Assembly: GCA_951406725.2 (NCBI GenBank)
Contig: OX597833.1
Location: 41,540,001-41,604,000, forward strand
From: Octopus vulgaris
Lineage: Eukaryota
Direction: 5' to 3'
Length of the DNA stretch: 64,000 nt
Below the pieces are notes generated by a model. It did not search any database, had not been told where the DNA came from, and saw nothing but the letters and a program-made list of their open reading frames with translations. Made by a program: the position numbers and the translations under genes. This document shows positions 13,620-28,600 of the stretch, piece by piece (positions within the stretch are counted from its first letter, which is position 1; every line of letters starts with the position of its first letter).

Positions 13620-16600
13620 AATGGAAGTTGGTTATTATAACAATGAATACTATTGATCAGTTATCAAAATTAATAGGGCCCAAACTATTTGCTTAATGTT
13701 ATCACCCAATTATTGTTCCTGAAAAGGCTTTTTATCTCAATAAGCAGTTTTTACTGCATTTGTATTTATATATTAATATTACTTATACAGAACAAACTCT
13801 TTAGAAAAGAAAATATTTACCTGTATGTCTAACTGCAGTGTGAAGAATGGCTGAAGTGTGGCAGATTCTTTGGAGGCAACCTGATACACAGCAGACCTCA
13901 TTTGACCAGCAAATATATCAGAAACACAACTCCTGGTAAAATTGGCCTACACAAAGGGATTACAATGAATAATATTTTGTATTAGAAAATGAAACAGAAA
14001 GGTGAGAAAAAAGTCAAATCCCTATGATATCATTGTTATTTAAAGACTGTAATTTTTTTTTTTTAATCAACAATGTAAGTCACAAGTGAAAGAGATATAC
14101 TAGTAATATCAACATCTATTGTTTTGTAAATTTGGGCATCTAACAGTAATTGAAGCCAATGTTTCACCAACCCGATAACATTCCTTCCCAACTCTAATCA
14201 AGTAGAGACTTACTGGGCAAACAAAGTTATGCACTTTTACACAGATTAAAGCACTGGCTATGTAAGAGTTTGAAACAATAACTACAGACCAAAAATAGTG
14301 TTTCAAATTCACATATATTGATTATCAAATAAAAAAAAAATACAATTTCTACCTTCTGAAAATTAACTGACACCATAGATAAAGTTAAGTTTTTTTAAGT
14401 TCACTTTTCAATAGAATTATACAGATCAGCAATATTCATGCCACCGACAATCATGAATGTACAGTATGTGTTTTGCAGATATGAAGTTCCAGGTTTGATT
14501 TCACTACGATACAACTTAGGTAAATGTATCACACTATAATAGCCTTGAGTTGAACAGCTTGCATGTGTAATTCAGAAACAAAGTGGAAGCCTGTAGAATA
14601 CTTTTCGAACAGTTCCTTCAGTTGTTCAGCACTAAGCTAGATACTCACTTGTCACTCTCACCATTAGGAATGCTGTGAATTATTGACTCACTGAAAACCT
14701 GAACCCAACAATATAATACCAATTATTACATAAAATGTTTCCATCGCAATAACATGTAACCACACCAGATAAACATTCTGTACATTCTGACATTTTATAA
14801 AGTGAAATTTGGATTTTGCTTTCTAATGAAAAGTTTGAGACATAACTTCAGAAGTAAATTTGTTATGCAAAACAAAGGAAGATAGACAGACCACTGTATT
14901 GTACACATCTGGATGAAATTCAAGCAGTCTTTTGCAATAAATATAATAATGGACTTCAAGAAGTTGCTCAGGATTACCAACCACTAGAGAACAGAAGAAC
15001 CCTTCTGTACTTCTGTAACCTCCATGTATCCAGCAACATGACCAGAATGAAAGTTTTTAAAGTTGCCAATATTTATTTTCACAAAACAGAAGCAGTACAC
15101 TAGTTCATGGGGAAGAACATTTCATCCTTTATCTAATAAAAGAACCCTCCTAGTTACTGTACAAAGGACATTACCAAGCTACTGCTAGGGGTCTAATATT
15201 TACACAGAGTTTGCTGGTAAGTCAGTATAGTCTTGGACAGCATTTTTCAAATCGTGGGTCCTGACCATTCAGTGGGTTGTGAGATAAAATGGGTTCCAAC
15301 AAAAAAGTAAACAAGAACGCAAATGGGTGCAAAGAGCAGAAGACCCAGCGTTTTTGAAACTGTGGGTCCTGACCCTTCAGTGGGTCATGACAAAAAAGTT
15401 TGAAAAACGCTGGTCTAGGGTACGATTCCTTAGTTTCATCTGCTCAGAATAATATTTAACATAAGTCCAGTATGCAAGTAAACTCAAATGTCATAATAAC
15501 AATCATACCCTTCGTGTGTAAACTGTCTTGTTTTTCGGTCCAACTTGCTCCCAGTCATCATCTGTATTGGCATTCTCATCAGGAAGAAAACCATTTTCCT
15601 TGTGTTTTGAATTATGATTCTCATCTGAATTTAAGAGATTTTTAAACATTTAAAAAAAAAAAAAAATATGATCTACAATATTTCAGAAACATCTTTTGAT
15701 AATTATTTTTATATTTCTTTTTCCAAACAAACAAGTTGTTTAAGCAAAGCAATTTTACATCTGGCTACTCTTACCGATATCCTGCACAACTACTAGATAG
15801 AAACGGACTATTGTCAATCAAACTGACAATAACAAGCAGAGGGAATTACATGCTTTATTCACAAGCAGAACAGTGGCTGTAATCAGATTTAATGTAACTA
15901 TACAATCACTAATTCAGTACATCAACTACATAGCTTTAGGATTTCCATTCATATCAGAGACAACACTTATGCATTACTACCATCACTTTCTTGATTCAAC
16001 AGATCAAACTATCAATCAACATTGGACTGGCTGTAAGGAAACTCATGGTAGCATGTTAACCCATTTGTTACTGTATTTATTTTGAGATGTTCTGTGTTTC
16101 TTTCAATTATTTTAAATATAACAAAGAATTTAGTAAAATAACTTAGTTATCATTCAGCTAGTGTTAGGAACATAAATTGTGACTAAGGTTTGGTAGAAGA
16201 TTTTTATTCAAAACTTATGAAAACAAGATCTTTGTACTACAGAGCCAGAGCCGGTTTTGGCCGGATTGGTATCAAAAGGGTTAAACCTTTCATTACTATA
16301 TATCTGACCAAAATACACCTCTCATGAGTTTCAGTTAAATTCTAAAATAATCAAGAATTTAGACTAGTTTCATTAAACTGTAACTTTTTTTACATAACAT
16401 TAATGTGATATTTGGAACATAATTAAAGAAAGGGTTCTTAATCAATTCTATTGCATAACTTTTGTCTCAAAGTGACTCTAATTACAAGTAAATCCAGGTA
16501 TACTGAGCAAAAAGGTAAAAATATAAAAATTTTGTTTAAACATCACCATAGAAAATGAATCATCAGCTAATATTCAATACGGTATGCAACAAAATTTTCA

Positions 16601-19600
16601 CAAATGTACTAACGAGATTGGTGCTTACATACACGTAAGCACAGGTGTGGCTGTGTGGTAAGAAGTTTGCTTCCCAACCATAACAATGGGTACTTTTGGC
16701 CAGCTACGGCCAGGTTGGTCTTATGAACCAAAAAAATTTTTTGGGCCAGCTACAGCCGGGTTAGTATCCAAAGGATTATGAGTAAATCATTTACTAATCA
16801 GCCAAATTATTGATTGCCAAAAGAAAATAACAGATGAAAGGCAAAGGAGAAACTGAGCCAGAAGAAATGGAAGCTTTTTCTGTTGAAGATGCCTATGTGA
16901 GTGATAGAGTAAATGGAATATATGTAGAAACTGATGCCACTTAGAAAAAAATTTGAAATATAGTGAATGTAGAAGAGATGGTTATAGGTAAAGGGTGCCA
17001 TTTGTATTTCAAACACAAATCAGTAGGACTTCTGCATCAACATTCACATGCACAACAGGCTTCCACAGTTTCTATTTACCAATTCCACATACTGTGATCA
17101 GCCTGGGGCTATAGAAGACATGCCTAAGCTGCCAGACAATGAAACTCAACCCAAAACCATATGGTCATTAAGCAAATTTTGTAACCAGGCAGCTGTGATT
17201 GTGAACTAGGTTCATTGTTAGAATTGACCTTTGTATCTATTTCCACTAATTGCTCACTGGGGTCAGTAACTCAAACTTCCTTTCTTAAAACCCAATTCTC
17301 ACAGAGAGGAACAAAGGTTGCATAAATATGCACTAGCTGATATGGTGGCAGCTTCCTGAAGTGTTAATCCATAGGTTCAGACCAGTGTTAAGTTACCTAT
17401 TCTACTGATACTCCTTGACAGTCATCAGCATTATCAGATTCTGAGAATCATCAGCATTATCAAGCCTGACAATCATCAGCATTATCAAGCCTGACAATCA
17501 TCAGCATTATCAAGCCTGGCAGTCAGCAGCATTATCAAGTCTGACAGTCAGCGGCATTATCAAGTCTAATAGTCAGCAGCATTATCAAGCCTGGCAAATC
17601 ATCAGTATTATCAAGTCTGACAATCATCAGCATTAACAAGCCTGGCAATCATCAGCATTATCAAGCCTGGCAATCATCAGCATTATCAAGCCTGACAATC
17701 ATCAGCATTATCAAGCCTGACAATCATCAGCATTATCAAGCCTGACAATCATCAGCATTATCAAGCCTGACAATCATCAGCATTATCAAGCCTGACAATC
17801 ATCAGCATTATGAAGTCTGACAATCATCAGCATTATCAAGTCTGACAATCATCAGCATTATCAAGCCTGACAATCATCAGCATTAACAAGCCTGACAATC
17901 ATCAGCATTATCAAGCCTGACAATCATCAGCATTATCAAGTCTGATAATCATCAGCATTATCAAGCCTGACAATCATCAGCATTAACAAGTCTGATAATC
18001 ATCAGCATCATCAAGTCTGACAATCATCAGCATCATCAAGCCTGACAATCATCAGCATTATCAAGCCTGACAATCATCAGCATTATCAAGCCTGACAATC
18101 ATCAGCATTATCAAGCCTGGCAATCATCAGCATTATCAAGCCTGACAATCATCAGCATTATCAAGCCTGGCAATCATCAGCATTATCAAGCCTGGCAATC
18201 ATCAGCATTATCAAGTCTAATAGTCAGCAGCATTATCAAGTCTGACAGTCAGCGGCATTATCAAGCCTGACAGTCATCAGCATTATCAAGCCTGACATTC
18301 ATCAGCATTATCAAGCCTGAGAATCATCAGCATTATGAAGAAAGGGATCAAAATAGCTGACTGGTCCAAATACTTGCAGTTAATTCCGATAAAAGCATCT
18401 TAGGAACAGGAACTGGTTAACCCAGGATGTATAATAGCATAAAATACATTTAAATATTGACAAAATATTTAGAAAAATTATGTCATATTCATTTGCTTAA
18501 CTTTTGGTTAATATTAATTCAAATTTTTTCCATTATATAACAATGTGGGAATGACAAATGTACATCCAGAACAGAACTACTCGTAGATGGAATAAAAATT
18601 ACAACTGAGACCATTCTGCTAAGTTAAACAAAAAAATTTGGAAATTAAAAATCAAACAAAGTTTCAGTTTATATAATCAACTATGCTGAAAGCTTCAGCT
18701 ATTAAATCTAATACTGAAATTCCAGTTATAAACAAATCAGATAATTACCTGAGTGATTAGGATTGTTATTTGCAACATTTACCACAGCAAGCATCTCTTC
18801 ATGAAGTTTGTTTAACACAAAACTCAAAAACTCCTCAGCATCTTCTTGCTTCCCAAACTAAAAAAAAAAATTAGAAACAAAATGAAAATAATGAACTACT
18901 GCTTGAGAGAGAAAGAGAGAGAATAATCAACACACAAGTTTATACTGCTGCTAGTACTCTTGTAAGCACTCAGAGACTAAGACTCATGAGCTGGGACTAA
19001 AATCAAGTTTCTGTAGTGAGAAAGGGAGAGAATGAATCTACAGAAAAAGATCAAAAACATGAGGAAAACTAAAGGCAAATCTCAGAATGCTGATTGTCAC
19101 AAAGGAGATAACAAAGGACCAAATGTGGCAAGGCAGATCCTATGTTAGAAAAGACCTATCTGACTCAGCATGGTAATCTGATAATGAAGACTGTTTTATA
19201 ACATCTTAGGTCTTCCAAATTATCTGAAAATGAAGAACATAGTGTAATTGCCAGAACTTTAGACAAGGTTTAGACATTGTGGAGGCACAATGGCCCAGTG
19301 GTCAAGACAGCGGATTTGCAGTCATAGAATCGCGGTTTCGATTCCCAGACCAGGTGTTGTGAGCATTTATAGAGCGAAAACACCTAAAGCTCCTCGAGGC
19401 TCTGGCAGGGGAGGGGCCACCCCTGCTGTGCTCTTTCACCACAACTTTCTCTCACTCTTTCTTCCTGTTTCTGTTGTACCTGTATTTCAAAAGGGCCAGC
19501 CTTGTCACACCGTGTTACGCTGAATCTCCCTGAGAACTACTTTAAATGTACACGTGTCTGTGGAGTGCTCAGCCACTTGCATGTCAATTTCACGAGAAGG

Positions 19601-22600
19601 CCATTCCGTTGACCAGATCAACTGGAGCCCTCATAGTTGTAACTGACAGAGTGCCACGAAGACAAATACATCTTAAACTCAGAAATGTGATCAAACGTGA
19701 ATGAGCAGTCCAAAAACATGCCATAAAATACCACAAGCTCCTCAAAAATAGCCTAGAATCCATTTTAATCTAAACTGCAGCCACAAACGGCATAACTTGC
19801 ATTTAACCCTAATTATGGCTTAACCCTTTAGCATTTAAAGAGGCCATATCCAAAATAGTCTATTTTATGTTCAAGCAGGCCAGATCCGGCATCTCACTCC
19901 CATCCTACAATGTCATTGTAAAATAAACAATCACATCATAAAAATCTCAGAGCTATGAGAATGCATGATTAATTAAAAACAAAGTAAATAGGCGCCGGAG
20001 CAGCTGTGTGGTAAGAAGGTTGCTTCCCAGCTACATGGTTCCGGGTTAAGTCCAACTGCATGACACCTTGGGCAAGTGTCTTCTACTATAGCCTAGGGCC
20101 AACTAAAGCCTTGAGTCGATTTGGTAGACGGAAACTGAAACAAGCCCATCCTATATATATATTTGTGTGTGTGTCTGTTTGTCCCCTCACCATTGCTTGA
20201 CAACTAATGTTAGTGTGTTAGCAGTTCAGCAAAAGAGATTGATAAATTAAGTACTAGGCTTTTAAAGAATAAGTCCTGAGGTCGATTTCCTCAACTAAAG
20301 GTGGTGCTCCAGCATGGCTGCAGTCAAATGACTGAAATATGTAAATGAGTAAATAATCTGAATGCTAATAGGTTCTGGTGTAAAAATGTAGCAATCAATT
20401 GTCGAAATTATATTTTTGGTTCCAGTACATTACACTTGAGAAAATATTGATTTGGAAATGACGTAAGTTATAAAGTTAGATTGTTTTGTAGCTGTTCTGT
20501 CAAAACCAAGAGGCAAACCTTTGGAACAGAGACTGCCAGAGAATGAAGATAGGGGAAATATGTCAAACATTTCTCAGTTGTATCAGAAAATAGATGATGA
20601 ACTCTTGAAAGATCATCAGCAGAATAGTAAAACTTCTCAAATAAAAGTGTATATTTCACAGTATACTGAAGATATTCACCTTGAAAGACATGGTAGATTC
20701 TATCATGTGCAGCATATTATACACACATGATGGTTCAAAAGGGGGTCCTGGGATTAATTCTGCAGAAGGTGAGCGTTTCTTAGAAGCTGAAGATAAAAGA
20801 ATGGAAATTAGAACATTTTTACATTAATTAAAGAGTAAACAGAAATGAACAACTTTAAAAAGAAAAAGAACTAATTTATTCCACATTCTTAAATTATACA
20901 ATATAGATTTACCTGAATTAGGCATAGTATTGAACTCATTCATAAACTGGAACCTGAAAAACAAGATTTTTGTAGAATGTTTACAAAAGACAAAATTATT
21001 TCATACATACTTAAAATACAAAATAAAATTTACAAATCTTATACGATAAGATGTAATATGAAATACTTACATGGCATCTAAAACTGGTGTTGAACTGGGC
21101 CCACGCTGTTTAATTGATACAAGTGGCAACTTTTTTATTAGATGGTAAAAGGGTGGACAAGATAAGAGAGCCTGTAAGGTCTGAGAGCATGGTTAAGGTA
21201 AAGTAAAATTATAGAAATCAATATCAACAAACTGTTACATTGGACAAAATTTCAACACCATACACTAATATTCACATCCATGTCTATTTCTGAAAATCAG
21301 TTACTGTTCAAATAGCAGAAAGGGAGCAGAGGGTGTCACATGGAACATGAAAACAATTGAAACCTAAAATAAAGCTAATAGAATATATATTCAACCCAGG
21401 ACTTACGAAAAAAAATAAAGCTTTGTTAGTTATTGGTTTCAAATTTTGGCACAAGGCCAGCAAGTTTGGGGGAGGAAGCCAAGTGAATTAGATCAACCCA
21501 AGTATTCAACTGGTACTTATTTTATCAATCCTAAAAGAATGAAAGGCAAAATCAATCTCAGTGGTATTTGAGCACAGAACAAAGATGGCCAAAATGCCAT
21601 TGAGCATTTTGCCCAGGGTGCTAACAATTGTGCCAGCTTGCCACCTGGAAGTTCAGTTAAATATTAAAACAGATATTGGTTTCAAATTTTGGCACAAGGT
21701 CAACAAGTTCAGGGGAGGGGGCTAAGTCAATCAGATCAACCCCAGTGCTTAACTAGTACTTATTACATCAACCCCAAAAGGATGAAAGGCAAAGTCGACC
21801 TCAGTGGTATTTGAACTCAGAACATAAAAACAGACAAAATTCCTCTAAGCATTTTGCCTGGCACAATAACAATTCTACCAACTTGTTGCCTTAAAGCTCT
21901 GTTAGATATTAAAGCAGATATTGGATAAACATGCCATTGTAAAGAGAGTTGTGGGAAGATATTGTTAGATTTTATATTTTTTTTATATATAACATTTACC
22001 TGCACACTTTAGTTCACTTAATTACTCGGTAACTAACTTTGCAAAGTTTAGGGGTCATATCTACAACTTGGAAATTGTTTACATATGACCTTCCTGAGAA
22101 AAAGCTTTATATCAGTGGCTCTCAACCATTTTTTGCCAATGGATCCCTCTGATTCCTACTCAATGTATATTTAAAAAATCCTAATTAAATATTAGGAACA
22201 GCATTAAAAAATTGCTAAAATATTGTGTATTATAGAAGTATAAGCAATTTATTGCACATAAATTTTAGCAACAAAATCTTATATGGACCCCCAAGGGTTA
22301 TATAGACCCCGGTTGAGAACCACTGCTTTATATAAAACATTACCAAGAGCGGTCTTCCTACCTCTGATACTGTAGTAGATTCCATTGTAATTTTAATTAT
22401 TTTAATATTTACAAATAAACAGCTAAGTAACAAAAAAGCTCTTCATTAAAAATTTTTGTTTTCAAGATTAATTAGTCATTAGGAAAGATATATGGCCACA
22501 AACAGCTTCAAAAGGCTCATCCAACCTATATCAGAATGAAAATGCAAATATAAAAACAGTCATGGAAAGGATCATGTTATTCTTTATATCAATGATGCAA

Positions 22601-25600
22601 CATACTAAGAGGGATAAATCCCTGTAATAGAAAGGATACAGCATTGATATAACACCAGTTGCCCTTGTTGTTGAGAGCCCGAGGTTGCAGGGCCACAGGT
22701 CGGTAGATCAGATTCATATCTTTCAAAGCAGCTATAAGTAACAAAAGAGAAAACAAAAATTAACATTACATAAATCTTACTGATATATGGGAGAAATACT
22801 GGTATAAAAACATGTTTATAGAAGAGGTACAAGTTATGATATGCCAATCACAATTAAATAAATCACTGAAGGGGAAGTGATGCCATCCACATGGAAAACG
22901 ATAGTTAAATAAGTACCAACATAATGTAGTGAGCATCAAATATCTAACTAGAGATAACTGACTTTCATAATGCATGCATACAGGTGTGCATTATACAAAA
23001 GAACTTAAAGTTACCTATTTGTTTATGACCATATTCAAAATAGCTTAAATTATCTAATTTCTAGTGTCAAAGCCATCTGGTCTATAATAAACAGTATAAA
23101 TCACTATAAAGTTATATTTTTCCAGGACAGCAGTAAGTAATACAGTAAATGTTTATTATATTTTCTAAGTGTGGCCGTAAAATTGTATCGCTCAAAGTTG
23201 TCTGCTCTTACACATCAAAATAAACCAGAAAATGTAATAACTGAAATTTAACACAGCAAAATGAAGATGTGTACTTAGTTTTTTGTTTATATGCTACTAC
23301 ATACTTCAGTTTGTGTATAAGCACAAGAACTTCTTAAAATTTTACATGTTTTAATAACCCACTACAATAAATAATAACAAAGGCACTTCAGTCTATCTAG
23401 TCACATCGTCATCATCATTTAATGTCTGTTGTCCATGTGGCACGAGTTGGACGGTTTGACCAGGGCTGGCAAATCCATATACCAAATTCACTCACAAGGG
23501 TTTGGCCAGCTAAATCAGAGTGGAGTCTGTTGCAGCCTTCCAGCGTGCCAACCTTGGTCAAACCATCCAATCCATACTAACATGGTCAATAGATGTTAAT
23601 GTACCCCTATAGTCACTTGATGTTTAAGAAATCCTATTATATTTTTATAATTAAATATTATTAGGAACTGTATAAAAAAACTGTTAAAATATCTTGTGTC
23701 TTGTAGAAGCATAAGCAATTTATAGCACAAATTTTAACAAAATCTTATAAGGATCCTGGTTGAATTTGAACACACAATGTAAAGGAACCTAACTAAATAG
23801 AAGGCATTTTGTTTAGAACTACCAATTCTGCAAACTACTGCCCTTATTACAATGGAACAATAAGCATCAGTATTTACCAGTTTTTAACAGGATAATCAGT
23901 GGCACAATGCATCTGACAGCAAAGCATAAAGGAAAGTCTAACTCAGCATGCAACAAATATTGCAAACACTGGAGAAAATCATTATTTTTCATTTTCTTGA
24001 TTTGTTTATACCCTTTGCATAAGATATAAATCAGCAAAGTACACACACACAGAGTTGACTTTGCCTTTTGCTCTTTCAATAAAATACTAGCAGAGGATAG
24101 TGGATTAATGGAACTATTAGTGTCAGAAGGTATACATTGCAGATCAATGTGTTCTGAGTTCAAACCTGACTTCTTGTACTGGAAAAATTGGTTCTTTGAA
24201 ACCCAGCAAAAACAGTGTTATATTTAGGAAGTCCTTAAGTGCTCAACTATTTCAGCCTGTCACACTATGGCAACAAACCAGCTAGCAAGAAAACACAAGA
24301 AGGCTTTCAAGTCCTATGCAAAAGAAATGGAGAAAAAGCCAAAGTAGATAATGAATTATAATGCAGTCCCTGGACCCATCAGACCTAGTTGAACTGTCCA
24401 ACTCATACCAGCATGGACGATAAGTAATATACACACACACACACACACGCACGCATGCATGGTGGGCTTCCACAGTTTGTCAACTAAATTCCATACAAGA
24501 TTTTGCTCAACCTGATGTTGTTGAAGCAAATTGCCTTGAAATGCTGTGCTGTGGGATCAAACCTGAAGCAGTGTAGTTGCAAAGAATGTACTTCAGCAAC
24601 ACAGACATGTCTGAACTTTCAGACTATAATAATATCACTATAATGTACATAAGATTAACATAGTGAAGAGAAAATTTGGACACTTACCTCCAATCTTCAT
24701 TGCCATCAGGTCTTCGTCAACAGCAACAGGAGTTGGCAGCTGAGGGGTAGATTCCTTTACAAATTCTCGTTCCGGGCTTGGTTTTGGCACTGTAGCTGAT
24801 GTCATACCTTTACCTGTTGCAGCCCTGTCCACAGATGCTGGAGAGGATGTCCGTTTAGAAACAGTCAGCTCATCGTCCCTGTCTGATGTTCCCGAGTACA
24901 CAACAATACTCTTTGATGTAGTCTCAGTGTTTCTGAACAGACCAGCCCAAGACTTCATCTTGGGAAGCTGTGGAGTAGGAGAAATATCTTTGTCTTTAGC
25001 TTGGCTAACTGTCTCCACACTCTCTGTTGAGGTCACACTGTCTGCATCTTTTGTCACATCTACAGTCGGTGTCTGTGACTCTGATTCTAAGCTATTTGGT
25101 ACATTCTCACCAGCAACTGCTGAACTCTCAACAACAGGTTCGGCATTTTCAGGAGATTTTGTTTCATTCACATCTGCCAAAGAACTATTTACAACACTGT
25201 CAACATGGTCACTAGGCTTGGGTGATTGGTCACTAGATTGGCTCTGCAAATTATCATTGTCTGAAGGTGTAGTTGTTGGGAGTGGTTTATCTTTAGCCTG
25301 ACTGTTAAGTGAATTTGTATCAGATGGAGATTCCTCCCCAGTTTGGTTACTATTACTCTTTTGGTCAGGAAATGTTATTATATAATGATCATTGTGTAAC
25401 TTTAACTGTAAGTTATCATTAGGAAGAATACCATTCCCAGAGATTTCAGAGTCAAAAAAGCTAATAGTTTCCAACATCTGGGTTTCAGTTTCAATTGACT
25501 TTTCTAGTTTTCCAGAAGGCACATTATCACAGTCTGGCTTCGCCTGACCACTCTTGTCAATCATGCTAAAACTAGTTGGATCAACTTTATCAGTTCCGCA

Positions 25601-28600
25601 ATTTTTCACTTGTACTCTCTTGTTACACTGCTTGATGTTTTTCAGATCTCCAGATTTCGTCTCTTCTGCTTCAGTTTTCAATGAACCAGACAGGCTGGGT
25701 TCAAGCACATTGTTCCCCTCATAGAGTTTGCCATTCTCTTTGACTGATGTGTTTGTCACGGAGTTTCCAGCGACTGGCATGCTTGGTTGAGACTGGTCGT
25801 ATTCATGAGCTGTAACTACATGGTTGGAAACTGGTGGAATTACAGAGTCATTATTGACCACTTCTAGTGAAGCATCAGGAGGGGGTATGAAGTCATGATT
25901 TACCATGGTCAAATTGATGGGAATCATACCAGGAGGAGGCCCAACCACTGAGGGTCTGTTTATTTGGGGCTGAGAAATGTTGACTGGTTGTGTAAATACC
26001 AAAGGTACTAGTGGAGACTGGAAAATAGCACCTCCAGCAGGGATGTGAGGAACAGGTCCTGTGCGTGGGTACAGAGTTGCAACAGGAACAACTGATGGAG
26101 GTGGTGGAGGTGGATTACCATTGTAAGCTTCATAAGGAATCAGATCATCTGTAAAAAGACAATGAAGGTCATGAGTTTTTATATATAACTTAGCAAAGCA
26201 TTATCAGGAAGGGAAATAAACAACATTAACTTACCAGCTAAAGGAGATCCATCTTTGTCCCATGGAAACTGAAATAGATAAAGTTTAGATTTTATTTCTC
26301 ACCAATAGGTTATGGTATGCATCCAAATTTTTAAACTTGGAGATTTTTCCATCATGAAAAAAAAAACACATCAAAAATATAAAAACTGTTTTTTTAAACT
26401 GTTTTTTTAAATTGCTTTTTAAATTTGAGTTTAAAATACATTTTTTTAAACTTGCTAAATATGCAGGAAGTGAATTTCATTCTGAATAGCTAGCACAGAA
26501 AAGTGAGACTATTGTAGTCAGTGAATAAAATGGAGCTACAAAGAAGACTGAGTAGGATTCAGAGACTAAAAAAATATAAGTCTATTAGATGTACTGCAAA
26601 AAATAGATGCTTCTGCAGGGCTGGTCAGCCTGCTAGAAAGTGCACCAAATCTCTTAAGTCTCTATTGTCTTTAAAAAAGGAGAAACTGAGTGGAATAATT
26701 GTCCTAGATATACAATTCCCAAGAAAATGCTCATAGGCCAATTCAAATCAAAAGCACACTACCACCAATAAAGAGACACACACACAGGTTTTTACTCAGT
26801 GCCCCAATTTCCAAATTCCACTCAAGGAATTGGCCAACCTGGAGATATTTGCCCAAGATTCCATACAATGGAATCAAATCCAAATCTACATATTAACAAA
26901 GCAAACTTCTTACCCACAAGTTATACATGCAAAAGTTATATTTCAGGACTTAATAAACATCAAAGATTCAAAAAACTTGATTACTCACTTCTATTTTCTT
27001 CTGCCCAGATTCCAAGTTTGCACCATGCAATATATGCTGGACAACATCTTGTTCATCTGGAGGTAAACCACTGAAGTCACCAAAGGAGTAGTTTTCCTGA
27101 AAATACATTACAAAAACAGTTAATTATATCTCGAAATTATTACAACTACCACTATAAATTAAATTTCTTTTTAACCCTTTCATTAACATTACTGTGAGAT
27201 AGAGAGAGAGAGAGAAAGAAAGAAAGAGAAACTGTCAGTAAACTAAATTTTTTTCAACTTTTTTAATTTGCTTTGTTCGTTGACGCTGCAGTCATTAATT
27301 TCCTGTAGTTTATTTCTATGTACAGAGCTGCTAGAAATTATAATTTTCTCAAACTCTTCAGATGATTAAATTGAAAAAGCCATAATAAAAGGACAAACTA
27401 GATAGAATGAGAGTATACTGGCAATTTATAATGACATTATTCAAGACAATTTAACACGGACAACTTCCATTGTGTGCATCTGATAATAAATTTTATTGTT
27501 TTTCTTTTCTACTATAAATTAGTAAGTCCTAAAAAAATGATATCAAGACAAGAACTACACTGTACCTTACCCAGCTATACAGTTTTGGGTGCAGGTATAA
27601 ACGTATAGATTATAAATTTTGTTTTACAACCATATGGTTTTAACTTCAATCCCACTGTGTCATCCTAAGTGATTTCTACAATAGCCTTGGACTGACCAAA
27701 GACCATCCTTGTTCTTGAATGGTCTGCCTAATCTGTAACCCAGTTTCACATCACTACCTAGCCTTTAAATGCACCGAGAAACTCCTGCTGCAAACTTTGA
27801 GATAGATCTCTGCAAATAATTTCTACCCTACCTACTAGCAATCAATGAAACCTTGAAATGGAGCCCACCAGCACTACCCTTCTACTTCTAAAATGTTTAA
27901 CCCTTTTGTTACCTTTCTTTTGAAATACCCTGCCTTTCTTTCAATTAATTTTGAAAGCAATAAAAAATTTTTATTAACATAACTGACATTATTAAGCTAT
28001 GGTTTGGAACATAAATGAAGGTGAAATTTTTGTATCATAGAACCACAGGTGGTCTCAGGCAAGTTGGTATCAGGGGTTACCCATCTCACACACCCAGTAA
28101 TTCAAATGCTACCCATCTACATTTTTTATTCTATTACAAAATAATCATACTTTGCAAAATTCAGATTTTAACATAGAAGAGTCAAGAAATCTATGGACAT
28201 TATATTCATTCTTTTCCACAGACTTACGAAAATATGGCAAAATTTAGTTCTAAAAACAAGAGACACTAAACTATATAAAAAAAAGTGTATCTTAATATAC
28301 TTTCAAATCAAATATGAGATTTTTCAACTCAAGAATTGAATACAGATTATACTGCAGTAACAATACACAAACCTTCCATTAACATTTTAACTTTCTTATT
28401 GAAGTAGTAACATCAGTTAGATGCCTGAAATAACAGATCTTTGATACCTTGAACCCAGGTTTCCTCATTTGTTCAAGAAACCTAGATCTTTTCCATAAGT
28501 GTTTCTTGACCAATCACCACAGATCACCCATCAACTAAGCATTTTTCCCAACTAGCATCCACAGATGCAAGCATGCTGTGTGGTAAGAAGCTTGCTTCCC

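Noticed and set aside
17414-18340. CRISPR-like array, or hammerhead/C-D box array (CTGATGA in each unit)
   Set aside because: No unique spacers, eukaryotic context, and no GAAA core or separate C and D boxes
19281-19352. tRNA genes (also 55091-55162 and 985-1050)
   Set aside because: These are tRNA-derived SINE heads continuing into SINE bodies, without an intact cloverleaf
24927-25301. 124-aa plus-strand ORF
   Set aside because: Antisense shadow of USP10 exon 4; no independent support
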